Assembly (NCBI RefSeq): GCF_009914755.1
Contig: NC_060941.1
Source of the DNA: the human T2T-CHM13v2.0 reference genome, Homo sapiens
Reading direction: 5' to 3' (one strand)
Length of the DNA: 64,000 nucleotides
Shown here: positions 1-20,921 of the stretch, one piece after another
Numbering within the stretch: the first letter of the stretch is position 1
Layout: every line of letters starts with the position of its first letter
The notes under the pieces: generated by a model
Database searches by the model: none
Told to the model about the DNA's origin: nothing
Seen by the model: only the letters and a program-made list of their open reading frames with translations
Translations under genes and position numbers: made by a program

Positions 1-1378
1 CACACCCAGAACCAGGTGCACACCCAGAACCTGACCCGCACCTAGAACCAGGCGCACACCCAGAACCAGGCGCACACCCAGAACCAGGCGCACACTCAGA
101 ACCTGACCCGCACCCAGAACCAGGCGCACACCCAGAACCTGGTGCACACCCAGAACCAGGTGCACACTCAGAACCTGACCCGCACCCAGAACCAGGCGCA
201 CACCCAGAACCTGGTGCACACCCAGAACCAGGCGCACACCCAGAACCAGGCGCACACCCAGAACCTGACCCGCACCTAGAACCAGGCACACACCCAGAAC
301 CAGGCGCACACCCAGAACCTGGCACACACCCAGAACCTGACCCGCACCCAGAACCAGGCGCACACTCAGAACCTGGTGCACATCCAGAACCTGACCCACA
401 CCCAGAACCAGGCGCACACTCAGAACCTGACCCGCACCCAGAACCAGGCGCACACCCAGAACCTGGTGCACACCCAGAACCAGGAGCACACCCAGAACCA
501 GGCGCACACCCAGAACCTGACCCGCACCTAGAACCAGGCACACACTCAGAACCAGGCGCACACCTAGAACCTGGCACACACCCAGAACCTGACCCGCACC
601 CAGAACCAGGCGCACACTCAGAACCTGGTGCACACCCAGAACCTGACCCACACCCAGAACCAGGCGCACACTCAGAACCTGACCCGCACCCAGAACCAGG
701 CGCACACCCAGAACCTGGTGCACACCCAGAACCTGACCCACACCCAGAACCTGACCCGCACCCAGAACCAGGCGCACACCCAGAACCAGGCGCACACCCA
801 GAACCTGACCTGCACCTAGAACCAGGCACACACCCAGAACCAGGCACACACCCAGAACCTGGCACACACCCAGAACCTGGCGCACACCCAGAACCTGACC
901 CGCACCCAGAACCAGGCGCACACTCAGAACCTGGTGCACACCCAGAACCTGACCCACACCCAGAACCAGGCGCACACCCAGAACCTGACCCGCACCTAGA
1001 ACCAGGCGCACACCCAGAACCAGGCGCACACCCAGAACCAGGCGCACATCCAGAACCTGACCCACACCCAGAACCTGGCACACACCCAGAACCTGGCACA
1101 CACCCAGAACCTGACCCGCACCCAGAACCAGGCGCATACCCAGAACCTGACCCGCACCCAGAACCAGATGCACACCCAGAACCAGGTGCACACCCAGAAC
1201 CTGGCACACACCCAGAACCTGGCACACACCCAGAACCTGACCCACACCCAGAACCTGGCGCACCCCCAGAATCTGACCCACATCCAGAACCTGGTGCACC
1301 CCCAGAATCTGACCCACATCCAGAACCTGGCGCACACCCAGAACCAGGTGCACACCCAGAACCTGACCCACACTCAGG
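1..1378. repeat. 18-bp minisatellite (C[A/G]CACCCAGAACC[AGGCG/TGGTG/TGACC]), 76 complete units in the window, truncated by the window edge
   Basis: Units stay in exact 18-bp register from 1 to 1368. Confidence 0.98.
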
Positions 1379-1404
1379 CCATGGCCTCCACTTCCCGGAC
1401 TCAC

Positions 1405-1618
1405 TTTCGGGTCGGCCCAGCTCTGCACGGAGCCTGTTCCCCATCTCGATGAGCTGCTCTTTCTCCAGGCGGAGGCTGATGATTTTTCTGGCTGCCTCCT
1501 TCAGCTTTCTCTGGAGTCGGTGCATAGATAAGGTCTGGGGGGCACGTGCCACTGACCGGAGGTGCAGGAAAAGCTCCCCCTGGTCCTCGGCCTCCATAGG
1601 CCCTCTCTTGGTGAGGCC
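1405..1618 (-). CDS. CCDC57: CCDC57 exon 16 (GLTKRGPMEAEDQGELFLHLRSVARAPQTLSMHRLQRKLKEAARKIISLRLEKEQLIEMGNRLRAELGRPE); gene continues beyond position 1
   Basis: ttttgttacag|GGC acceptor; AAA|gtgagt donor; 214 nt, open in phase 0 with a coiled-coil segment. Confidence 0.88.
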
Positions 1619-1986
1619 CTGTAACAAAACTCACAGGCAGACACCCCTGTGAGGCTGCCCTCATGGGAGGACGCCAGGGGTGCCCACCCAAGGAGCCTCT
1701 TCACCTGCTCTTCCAGGGTGGGCACTGCTGGCTGTCACTGGGTGACATCCTTCCAAAAGAAAGACAAAAAGAGTCGCTGCTCCCAGTGCTTCAGTGGGTT
1801 CCTTCTCTTCCACAAATAGAATAAAGGCCCACAGATCTCCCAGGCCAGGGTGGCCCCCAGATCTCCCAGGCCCTCACAGCCCTCCGCCTCCTCCCCGCCA
1901 TCCCTGCCTTCTGGTCATCTATGCCTTTGTGTCTTTCAAGTGAACACAAGGAGAATCTGAGGACACCCAACCAGCACAGCAGCTCC

Positions 1987-2100
1987 CCAGGGAGAGCAGA
2001 GAGAAGGCTGTGGCCTCCAGCAGTGCCCAGGACCCAGGAAGGCGGCCCAGGGAGAGCAGAGAGAAGGCTGTGGCCTCTAGCAGTGCCCAGGACCCAGGAG
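1987..2100. repeat. ~60-bp tandem duplication
   Basis: cccagggagagcagagagaaggctgtggcctc.agcagtgcccaggacccagga present twice. Confidence 0.85.
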
Positions 2101-4380
2101 GACAGCTCCCGCCAGCGTGGCTTGGCCCTCCTCCACTCCTTGGGGTCCCTCCTTTCTCTACCTGCCAGCTGGACACCCCACAACCACCCTGCAGGCCGGC
2201 TGTGGCTTCCCTCCTGAAGCAGGCGCAGGGGGAGCACAAAGGCAGTGGAGAGGGAGGAGGCCGACACAGGGGCAGGAGCTGGCTGGGCTCCCCCTTAGCA
2301 CCCCAAGCCTGGGTCAACCCTAGATCTGAGCCCCTGGGAAGCACTGTGTTGTCCTCACTCAGCCCAACCTGGACTTGCAGCCCACATCATTCCAGTGCTA
2401 CAGAGTGCAATCCCAACACAAAGGGATGCCTGGACCAAAAATGGGGGCACAGGAAAAAGCAGTAGTGTCCAGGCCCTGGCAAGACGGGAGCCGACGACCT
2501 ACTTCTCCCGTGCCACTCCTGGCCCCTGTAAGGAGCCAGGCTGCACCTGGCCCTGGCCACATGAGCTCCGAGTTCCTGGAACAGGCCAGCACACCCTGTC
2601 CCCGCCAGCTTCCTGGTGTGCCTTTCCAGGGCTGGCAGGTGCTGCTGCCTTCCAGGTGCTGCTGTTCTTTGGATGGCCTGGGGTGCAGCCACTGTATGCA
2701 GTGCCTCCGGGCATGTGCCGCAGGTTCATGTGGGACGCTCGGGGGCCGCGGGGGATGACACATCGAAGGGGAGAGATGTCTGCTTTCCTCTTGGACAGAG
2801 AAAGTTCTATGGTGCCGCAGGCCCCAGCTGAGGACGGGTGCAGGGCAGCCCCCATGAAGGCTCGCCACAGGCCTGAGCCCGAGTCCAGACTCGCTTCCTC
2901 CAGTAAGCGGGCCTCATGCCTGCTCCGTGAGCACCCTTGGCAAGTGTGGTGCAGAGGCTCACTCACCACCCTGGGAGAATAGACAGGAATGGGCTCTTGG
3001 GTGTGGGAGAGGCCAAGGCAGAGGGAGAGGAAGGGAGGCCTGTGCTGGTAAAACAGATTGCAGATGGCCTGGGGCTGGGGGAGAGGGGCCAGGCAGGTGA
3101 GACTCGCAAGTCCGGTTCTAAAACCCTGGATCCTCTACAGGAACACACTGGGTTATTTTGTTATTTTAACTGAAGAAAGAACAATCCCGAAAACAGATTT
3201 TGCAAACCTCAAAACACTTAGAGATTTAAGAGAAAATTCCGTCTTCAAAAGCAGTCCCCTCTCCCTGCAAAGTTACACCGGGCCCTGCGGCTGGTGCCAG
3301 GCTTGAGGGGCACTGAGGGGCCTTCTTGCTGTTGACCCCACAGGCAAAGGAAGGAGGGCACGGATCACAGGGCCCATGTCCTAGTCACGTGATTCTGCAC
3401 ACAGTGACCTGGGGGGCAGGGAGTGAACGATTCTACTTCTCTCGGATTCAGTTTCTGGTAAAATGTTATTTGGTAAAAGTTTATTTTGATGATTCTCTAA
3501 AATCTTTCCACAAAATAAGATTTCTACAGCCTGAGACATATTCAGGAATGTCTTCACCACTGTGTGCTCCAAGGGCTGCCCACCCCCAGCAGGGCAGCAG
3601 CAGCTGTCCACCCATCTGCCCCCACGCCTAGGACTGCCCCAGCACCCCACAGGTGAGGAGGAGATGTCTCCAAGTATCTGGACGATTCGAAGAAAATTCG
3701 AAGGAAACTTTGGTCTGCTGAAATGTCTTCACGTCCTGAGGACATGTATGAGTGAGTGACACAGGGAAGTCCTTCTCAGAGGCTGAGGCCTGGGCCTGGT
3801 ACAGTGGGTTCCATCAGGCTGGGCCGGCGCTCACCGCCCCACACAGCCACTCCAACGCCTCTCGGCAGAGCCAGCACCAACACCATGGCCAACACTGCCC
3901 CCCAGTGGACCCAGGGATGTAACACATCCCCCAACTCAGCCCTGGCGGCCAGTGACTGGGGGAAGTTTTGTATTTTAAGGGCTAGAGGCAGCTGATGTGG
4001 GTGGTGCAGTCAGGGAAGCCCAAAGCCAGGCTGTGCGGCTCAGCCCAGTGGGACCTGCCTGGGAGCAGAGTGCCCCACTGTTGTCCACAGGCTCTCCCTC
4101 TGCCATGGGAGAAGTGGGAACACGTGCCTCCGCACACACCTGGTCCCAGCTTTGCAGACCTGGCTCCTTGGCTAGGGCCGTGGAAGGGGACCAGCTTTCG
4201 TCAGGAGTGCTGTGGGACAGTCCCTGGACCCCTGTGCACTTCCTCACCCACCCTGCACTGGCTTCCTGCACTACAGGAGGTAGGCTGGAGACGCAGTGCC
4301 GCGTCACACCTCAGTACTTGGGTGGGTGTACACAATACGTGACCTGGTCCGTGGCCCGTGTGCAAATGTCACCAACCGTC

Positions 4381-4732
4381 CAGATAACGCCCTGACGCCA
4401 TCTCTCCTGTGCAGGGTCCAGGGTCCCACGTGGCATTTCTACACTGTCTCTCCTGTGCAGGGTCCATGGTCCCACATGGTGTTTCTACAGATGATGCCCT
4501 GACACCGTCTCTCCTGTGCAGGGTCCAGGGTCCCACGTGGTGTTTCTACGGATGATGCCCTGACGCCGTCTCTCCTGTGCAGGGTCCAGGGTCCCACGTG
4601 GCGTTTCTACGGATGATGACTTGATGCCCGTCTCTCCTGTACAGAGCCCAGGGTCCCACGTGGCGTTTCTACAGATGATGCCCTGACGCTGTCTCTCCTG
4701 TGCAGGGTCCAGGGTCCCACCTGGCATTTCTA
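4381..4732. repeat. ~61-bp minisatellite, ~6 units (one shortened)
   Basis: Recurrent tctctcctgtgcagggtccagggtcccacgtgg..tttctac.gatgatgccctgac. Confidence 0.92.
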
Positions 4733-7592
4733 CATGGGGTCTCCCAGGTCTCCTAACTGGAGTGGCTCCCCAGCTTCCATGTTTGGGCACTCGCCAAGCA
4801 TCTAGACCCGCTCATCTGCAGATGTCCCTCTGTTTGGGCTTGCCTGAGGTCTCCTCATGCATAAGCTCAGGTTCTGCATTTTTGGCAGGGACCCCGAGCG
4901 CGAGTCTGTGCCGTCTCAGTGCGACCCGCCCAGAGGCGCGTGACACGGGCGCATCCCAGCACTGGCGATGGGAGCTCTGATCACTCGGGTCAGCTGGGGT
5001 CAAACAGGCTGCTCCACTGGAAAGCCAGCATTTCCCTTGGAAATAAGAAGTCACGTGTGGGGAGATGCTGCTTCGCATCCGTCTGATGGGAATCCCTCTG
5101 GTTCAGCACCCATCCGTGGTCGCCCGGCGCGCCGTTCCTGTCGCGTTCCTTGGCTGGCACTCTCGCGTGGAAGAGTGCCCCGTTCCCCTGACCGATCTGT
5201 CCATTGCTATCAGCCTGGACCCATGATTTCCTGGTTGAGTCAGTGGATTGTGGTCTTCAACGTCACTGCCTATTGGCCTAGTTCTGGTCCTTGGGGACCC
5301 CTTTCAGCTGCTTCCTGTGCCTTCCGAACCTGCCTCCATGCTAGAGCCCGGGCTCCTGTGAGCAGGGCAGGAACCATGGAACTAGCGCCTGGAACTGTGG
5401 AACTGGCATCTGCTGTGGCTGAGTCCGGGCTGTGGGCCCTCTCAGGACAGAGCTGGGATCAGATGCACATGCAGCTCTACCCACTTCTCTCTATACCCAA
5501 CATAACGGACACATTGATCCTCTACCTGAGGGTCCAGCCCCAACATGGCCCCTTCTCCGTCTGGGCTCCTTTCCCAGCAGCAAGCAGCAAGGACCTGGGC
5601 CCGCCCTCGTCTCCAGGAGCTCAGCCATGCTGCTTGGCAGAGGACAGAGCCCAGGTGGGCCTCGCCTGGGTGGAGAGCCCGGCCACAGGATGCTCAGACC
5701 CAGGAGGAGCCTGGAGCCCGACTGTCGCCTCCATGCATGTAGACACAGAGCCTGGAGTGTATGCCCCGCCTGTGCCTTAGCTCCAATAACTGGGATTGGG
5801 CTGCAGGTGGCTTCATCTCTCAATTTAAAATTCTGCTTATTTGGGCCAGGCACAGTGGGCCACTGTGCCTATAATCCCACCTGTAATCCCACCACTTTGG
5901 GGGACTGAGGCAGGCAGATCACTTGAAACCAGGAGTTTGAGACCAGCCTGGCCAACATGGTGAAACCCTGTCTCTACTGAAAACACAAAAATTGGCCGGG
6001 CGTGGTGCACCTGTAATCCCAGCTACTCAGGGGGCTGAGGCGGGAGAATTGCTTGAACCCGGGAGGAGGAGGTTGCAGTGAGCCAAGATAGCGCCAGTGC
6101 ACTCCAGATTGGGCGACAGTGTGAGACTCTGTCTCAAAAAAAAAAAAGAAAGAAAAAATTCTGCTTATTTGTATAAATTCTTGCCCCTTCATTCTAAACA
6201 AGTGGGAAGACAGTGAACTATGCAAGGGCCAACAGTGAGAGCTCCTGGGGCCCCTTGCTGCCCAAGGAGGCGCCCGCCCGTGTCCGGGAACACATGGCGC
6301 TCAGGTGGGTGGGAGATGTGTGGGGGTACAGACATGCTTACCCCTGGCTGTGCTGCCAGCTGGCCCAAGGGCCACAGCCCCCACCGGGCAGGAGCCACCC
6401 TGGAGTGGCTGGACTGGGAGCCCAGGAGGGCTAGGGTGCTGGAGACCCCTGAGGACAAGACCTCCTTACCAACAGGTACAGGGGCAGGTGCAGCTCAATA
6501 TCTTACCGACCAGCTCAGCCCTTCCTGTGCGCACTGGCTGAGCACCTGCTAGGGCCTCAGGCTCCCTCGGCCTTCCCATACCTGCCCTGTTGTACCCCTG
6601 AGGCATCCTTATGGTCTTGCCCATCCCATGCCAAGGCAGCTCTGGCCTGCTCCTCACTGTCCTGGAGCCTGAGACAGCCACGGCCGCATCTTCCTCAGTC
6701 CACTCTATTCCAGCCTGAGTCCCTGGGGATCTGCTCCCCAAGCACGGTGCCCTGGGGATCCACGCTGTCTTCCACTTTGTGCTTTCCAGACATCATCTAC
6801 TGTCCCCAAAACCTTCTGTGGATTCATAGGTCACTATTGGTAACTATAGGTTACCACAGGTCATAGGTCACTACAGTTATCCCAGTTACCAACAGTCTAG
6901 GGTACGAAGTCAGGGAGGCCGGGCAGCCTGTCCTTCACAGCCTTTCCCTCTGGCCTTAGGTAGGAAGAAGGGGGCCCTGCTGGTCGGCTCTGCCAAGCTG
7001 CAGAATCAGGACCTGGGGTCGTCTCCACAGCTCAGAGCTGTGGCTCAAACCCAGCCATGGAGTTGGGGGTCACTCCCTCGGGGCCAAGGGCCTGACCAAA
7101 ACCAGGATAGGAGTGCCATGGCCTGGAGCAGCTGTGTGGCTCTGAACGCAGCAGTGAGGGCCATGTGGGCCCCTCCCCACGCAGGGAGGGCCCAACGCTA
7201 GGCATGGGGCAGGCATGGCTGTGCACGCAGACGCCCCCTCAGCAGGCCGTCAAGGCCCTGCATTAAAGCAAACATGAGCCACCTTCAGTGTGTGCGTTTC
7301 CAACACAAGATGCTGTTAGCTGAAGGGAGGACTGGGATGGGCCCGTCCCGCCCCCCACCAACGGGGCATCAAGGTGAAGGACCAGGAGAAGAGGAGGCGT
7401 GTGGAGGAAGAAGGCGGAGGAATGGGGAGAGGGGGTGGAGCAGGGCCCACTTCCAGGCACGGCCTTCACTGCAGCCCTCGTCCCACCTGAGCTCCCAGGG
7501 CATACAGACAGCAACGCTGGCAGAGCACAGGCAAGGACGGTTTCTGTGGCAGGAACCTCGGCGGGTGGCAGGAGGAGCTAGCGGGCACCCAC

Positions 7593-7793
7593 CTCTCTCC
7601 CAAGGGCCACGGCGTCCGAGGCTGGGGGCTGCTTCCTGCCTGAAGGCTCCGCTCCCCCGTGCTGGGCTATCCTGAGATGCTTCCCCAGCTCAGCCACCTG
7701 CTTCCGCAGCTCCAAAACCTCCAGGTGTACCTGGTCCACCTCACGGGGAAGCTCACGCTGGAGAGCGGCCGGCTCCAGGGGTTCCCGCAGCAC
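7593..7793 (-). CDS. CCDC57: CCDC57 exon 15 (VLREPLEPAALQRELPREVDQVHLEVLELRKQVAELGKHLRIAQHGGAEPSGRKQPPASDAVALGRE)
   Basis: acccctag|GTG acceptor; GAG|gtgggt donor; 201 nt; ORF 7578..7793. Confidence 0.93.
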
Positions 7794-8313
7794 CTAGGGG
7801 TCATTTCAAAGGCAGTGTGAGGAATGAGGCAGTGGCTGGGCTGGAGCAGGCCCCTGGGCACTGACAGGAAGCGCTGTGAGTGCCGGGAAAGAACGGGGAG
7901 CCCGGGGTCAGGGCCTCCTCCCCAGCTGGATGCAACTGCCCTCAGCCCTCTGCCCCCAACCACGGCCACTGCTCCTCCTGCCCCGCCCAGCTGGCCCTGG
8001 CAGTTCCCCTGTGCCCTGCTCTGGACTCCTAGGCTGGTGGGGAGAATCCGTGCATGGACTGAGGCAGAGCGCCTCGAAACCCCTTCCTGAGCCTCCTCCC
8101 AGGGAGAAACAAAGGCCTCCAGAATTGCAAGTAACCGGTAGGAGGTGTTGATTTTTCTTTTCTGCTAATCAAAGGGGGCAGACATGGGGAGGCCAGAGGT
8201 AAACAGGCCAGGAAGTCGGAGGGCTGAGGCTATTGAAAGGCAGGTGGATAGGCTGGGTGCGGTGGCTCACGCCTATAATCCCAGTGCCTTGGGAGGCCGA
8301 GGAGGGTGGATCA

Positions 8314-8568
<255 letters not shown>

Positions 8569-8686
8569 TTATTTACTTATTTTATTCAGACGGCATCTTA
8601 GTTGGTTGCTTAGGCTGGTCTCAAACTCCTGGGCTCAAGCGATCCTTCTGCCTCAGCCTCCCAAAGTGTTGGGATTACACGTGTGA

Positions 8687-8875
<189 letters not shown>

Positions 8876-9431
8876 TAATTATTTCAGTTTTTATTACAGA
8901 TGGGGTCTTGCTGTGTTGCCCAGGCTGATTTCAAACTGCTGAGCTCAAATAATCCTCCCACCTCACCATTCCAAAGTGTGGGGATTACAGGCATGCACCA
9001 CCGTGCCCAGCCTTGTTTAGTTTTTGTAGGGACAAGGTCTCCCTATGTTGCCCAGGCTGGTCTCAAACTCCTGGGCTCAAGTGATCTTCCTGCCTCAGAC
9101 TCCCAAAGTGTTGAGATTACAGGTGTGTACCACCGTGCCCAGCCTAAAAGCTGTATTTAAATGTTTATTTCTTGTCTGTAGCATTTGTGCGGGAAATGGG
9201 GGAAACAGCAACTGCAAAGCATCGGGGATCTGGAGCCCCTTCACGGGCACATGGATCTTCAACTCCCTCGACTGGAGCCCCTCACGTGTACATGGATCTT
9301 CAACTGCCTCGACAGAAATGGAAAAGTGGCCAAGTTCCTCTCCATTGCAACAACAAGGACACACTTCCAATCAAGGCGAGGCGTTAGGCATCAGCAGAAA
9401 ATGAGAGGTATGAGGGTAACGCACATGTTAA

Positions 9432-9743
<312 letters not shown>

Positions 9744-10119
9744 TGACCTGGTGATCTGCCCATCTTGGACTCCCAAGGTGCTGGGATTACAGGCGTGAGC
9801 CACCTCGCCTGGCCATATTTGCCATTTTCAATCAATCCATCAAACATCTTAGGAAGATTAAAAAAAAAAAGCATCCAATTTCTGGAGCACTGTGCACTCC
9901 CTGGGCAGATGGGAAATCTGGAATACTTTGTTTCTAGAGAGATGTTCTGCGTTAGAGAAGAAGCAGAGGCTGCAGGGAAGGCGTGGTTTATGTATTTACA
10001 ATGCGAGAGGACATGTGGAAGTTCCCTTGTTATGTCGCCTCACAAGGAATAAAAGCAACAGGATGAGGACAGCATGACTCAGAAGCACAAGCAACAGGAG
10101 ACATGATCAACAGGACTGG

Positions 10120-12087
<1,968 letters not shown>

Positions 12088-12398
12088 TGATCCGCCCACC
12101 TCGGCCTCCCAAAGTGCTGGGATTACAGGTGTGAGCCCCCATGCCTGGCCACACAATTTTTTAAAGTAAAAGCCAAAACGATGTTAGGAATATGTAGCAG
12201 TCAAACCGAGGTAGTGACCCCAGCCCCATGGGAAACAGGGTGGGCTCGCTGCTGGATGCAGATACTGGTCCCAGCAGGAGTAGGACCCGACCCCCAAAAG
12301 GCAAGGGCCCAGGAGGTTGAAAAGAACAGCGCTTGCCGGGGCCCTAGTATCTCAGATGAAGTGTGGCTCAACACTGACATGGAGCACATGCGTCCGGT

Positions 12399-12829
12399 TG
12401 ACCAGGACCCCTCTGAGCGGGCAGGTGGCATCGGGCAGCCCGCACACACGCCCCACTGACCAGGACCCCTCTGAGCGGGCAGGTGGCATCGGGCAGCCCG
12501 CACACACGCCCCACTGACCAGGACCCCTCTGAGCGGGCAGGTGGCATCGGGCAGCCCGCACACACGCCCCACTGACCAGGACCCCTCTGAGCGGGCAGGT
12601 GGCATCGGGCAGCCCGCACACACGCCCCACTGACCAGGACCCCTCTGAGCGGGCAGGTGGCATCGGGCAGCCCGCACACACGCCCCACTGACCAGGACCC
12701 CTCTGAGCGGGCAGGTGGCATCGGGCAGCCCGCACACACGCCCCACTGACCAGGACCCCTCTGAGCGGGCAGGTGGCATCGGGCAGCCCGCACACACGCC
12801 CCACTGACCAGGACCCCTCTGAGCGGGCA
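12399..12829. repeat. 58-bp VNTR, ~7.4 identical units
   Basis: tgaccaggacccctctgagcgggcaggtggcatcgggcagcccgcacacacgccccac at period 58. Confidence 0.97.
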
Positions 12830-13102
12830 CAGCCAGGGCCTGGTGTTCTGGCCGCCAGTGCTGCCTCCACTGCCTAGACCATGCTTCCCAGGTTCTCATG
12901 GCACGCCTTCCACGAGCACACCTGAGATGAACCGGTTCCTAGGACCTCCCCACAGCCCCTTCCTCAGAAAAAAACAGGCAGAGAGAGGTCAGTGGATGCC
13001 CGAGGTCACCTGGGGTCGCACCGGGCAGCCGCTCAGAGCCCACGCGCTCTCCCCCAGCAGCGGCTCTCTAGGAGGATGACCCCACAAACTTGACTGCCTC
13101 AC

Positions 13103-13260
13103 CTTCTGTCTGAGTCGTGTCACCAGCAGGTTTAGGAGCTGCACTCTGTCCCCGAGCTTCCTGAGTGCCAGTCCAGAGGATACTGGGCCAGCTTGGACAG
13201 ATCCTCCTGCTTGACCAGCTTGGACAGACCCTCCGGCTTGACCAGCTTGGGCAGACCCTC
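13103..13260 (-). CDS. CCDC57: CCDC57 exon 14 (GSAQAGQAGGSVQAGQAGGSVQAGPVSSGLALRKLGDRVQLLNLLVTRLRQK)
   Basis: cttctctgcag|GAG acceptor; AAG|gtgagg donor; 158 nt restores phase 0 (cumulative 2040). Confidence 0.92.
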
Positions 13261-13529
13261 CTGCAGAGAAGAGTGGCTTCTGTCAGCTCATACCTGAGAA
13301 CAAAGGAAGACCTTTCTGGGGAGACACACATCTCTATCAGCTCTCCCTTTCCCGTGAGGCCATGGCACCAGCGGCTGACCCCAATGCGAAGCTGTTCTTC
13401 ATTGGAGTCAGCAGATCTGGTCCACGTGAAGATTAGAGATGCTGTACAGAAAGCATAATCCTCATGTAAAGAAAGCAAGAATCCTTGTAGGAAAAAGTCT
13501 GACCTTACCACGTAATGTCTGATAGAGAC

Positions 13530-15170
<1,641 letters not shown>

Positions 15171-15759
15171 GACGGAGCCCCTACAGTCCACCCGCATTTT
15201 GCCTGCTAATCTCAGCTAAAGGCCCAGCCAGAACACAAAAAGCCTCACTAGGGGAAAATTCTGAACAGTGAGAAATGAAGGCTGAGTGTCTAGGGGCCTC
15301 GGATCCCAGGGGTGGCTGGCAAGGAGTCCCTCGTCTCCTTCCTGCACACACTGGCCTGGTGCTAGGCAGCCACAACCCAGAGCTCAGACCAAAAAAAAAA
15401 AAGGCCGAAGAGAAGCTGCTCCTGGGACCAACGGAGCAAGAAGACGGGGACGTGCAGGTGGAGCCCTTGGGACCACACCTGCCCTCCTGCCAGCCCATGG
15501 TCCTGCAGCCTGCTGTGGACAAAGGCCAGCTGGGCTTCTGGGAGAGCATGTGGGGAGGGTCACAGGAGGAAGGAGGTCTGCGTGAAGACCCCTGAGGAGC
15601 TGCCGTGTAAAACCAGCCAGAATCCACAGAACCAGCACAGCAAAACCTCTGACAACCGGGCCTGGCGGGGGACACTGCCCAGGATTTAACTGGCCACTTG
15701 GTAGCTCATGTATGGGCAGAGGAAAATAGCATCATCAAGGCTCTGGAAAGTAATGGACA

Positions 15760-19405
<3,646 letters not shown>

Positions 19406-19974
19406 TAGGCCTGCAGATGGGGCCTGCCTCCCCTACACTAAGGGGGGCTGTGGCTCCAGCAGGGTGAAGGCATCTGTGTGGAAGGCAGCCAGGCTGGGCT
19501 GTCAAGCTCGGTGATGCTGGGGAGGCATCCAGGCAGGAGAGGGGCCTGCAAATAGGGGAAGGGGCCACAGCAGCAATGGGGGATTGGTTACACCAAGAGG
19601 ACTCGATCAAAGTAACTGTGTTAGTGATAATGGGCGAGCCAGGTTTCTCATTATTGGGAAAGGAAGTTAGAATAATGAAAAAGAAAGCTAGAATGCTAGA
19701 ATGAACCTTTTGATGTTGGACTAACCACAATGGAATAGATTAGCCTATGAGTTTGTCTTGAAATTAAGACCTTCCATTCACCAAAGACACCAGTGAAGGA
19801 ATAAAAGGCAAGCCATAGACTGGGAGAAGATATTTGCAACACATATAACCAACGCTAGGCTCATATTCAGCATAAAATACCCTAAAAAAATCTATGACAA
19901 AGGGCAGATGATCCAATAAACAATGGGCAAAAGACATGGCCTGGAGCTCCAAAAGAGGGGCTGTCGAAAGGCCA

Positions 19975-20675
<701 letters not shown>

Positions 20676-20921
20676 CAATGCACACAGGAAGAGATGTTCA
20701 ATCCCACGAATCTCATGAATTTGCAAATTAAACCAAAATAGGATGTGCTACGTGTCCACTAGAGGGAACAGAAGGAGCCGCTGACCACGTAAGTGTTGGC
20801 GCGCATGCAGCACCACGGCTACCTCGCACGATGTGGATGGATGCTTTGGAGAAGAATCTGGCATTATCAAGTGAAACACAGTGTAGGTCTGAAGACGCCA
20901 GACAGAAGCACAGGTGCCACA

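Noticed and set aside
1-1378. CRISPR-like array, or repeat proteins (HTQNQA)n / (WFWVCA)n
   Set aside because: No unique spacers and no cas genes in a primate intron; ORFs follow from the 18-bp period and are broken by TAG variant units
1401-1691. 96-aa minus-strand ORF (MGGHPW...)
   Set aside because: Alternative frame over exon 16; the phase-0 frame joined from exon 15 gives the coiled-coil sequence
1791-7520. Many overlapping 60-270 aa ORFs (e.g. 4968..5780, 2395..2982)
   Set aside because: Expected in GC-rich DNA; no recognisable domains or consistent splice structure; partly old L1 sequence
13261-13293. Upstream acceptor ctttgttctcag|GTATGA, a possible recursive splice site
   Set aside because: Only 33 nt from the true acceptor, too short for recursive splicing; using it introduces an immediate stop (G-M-S-*); no further support
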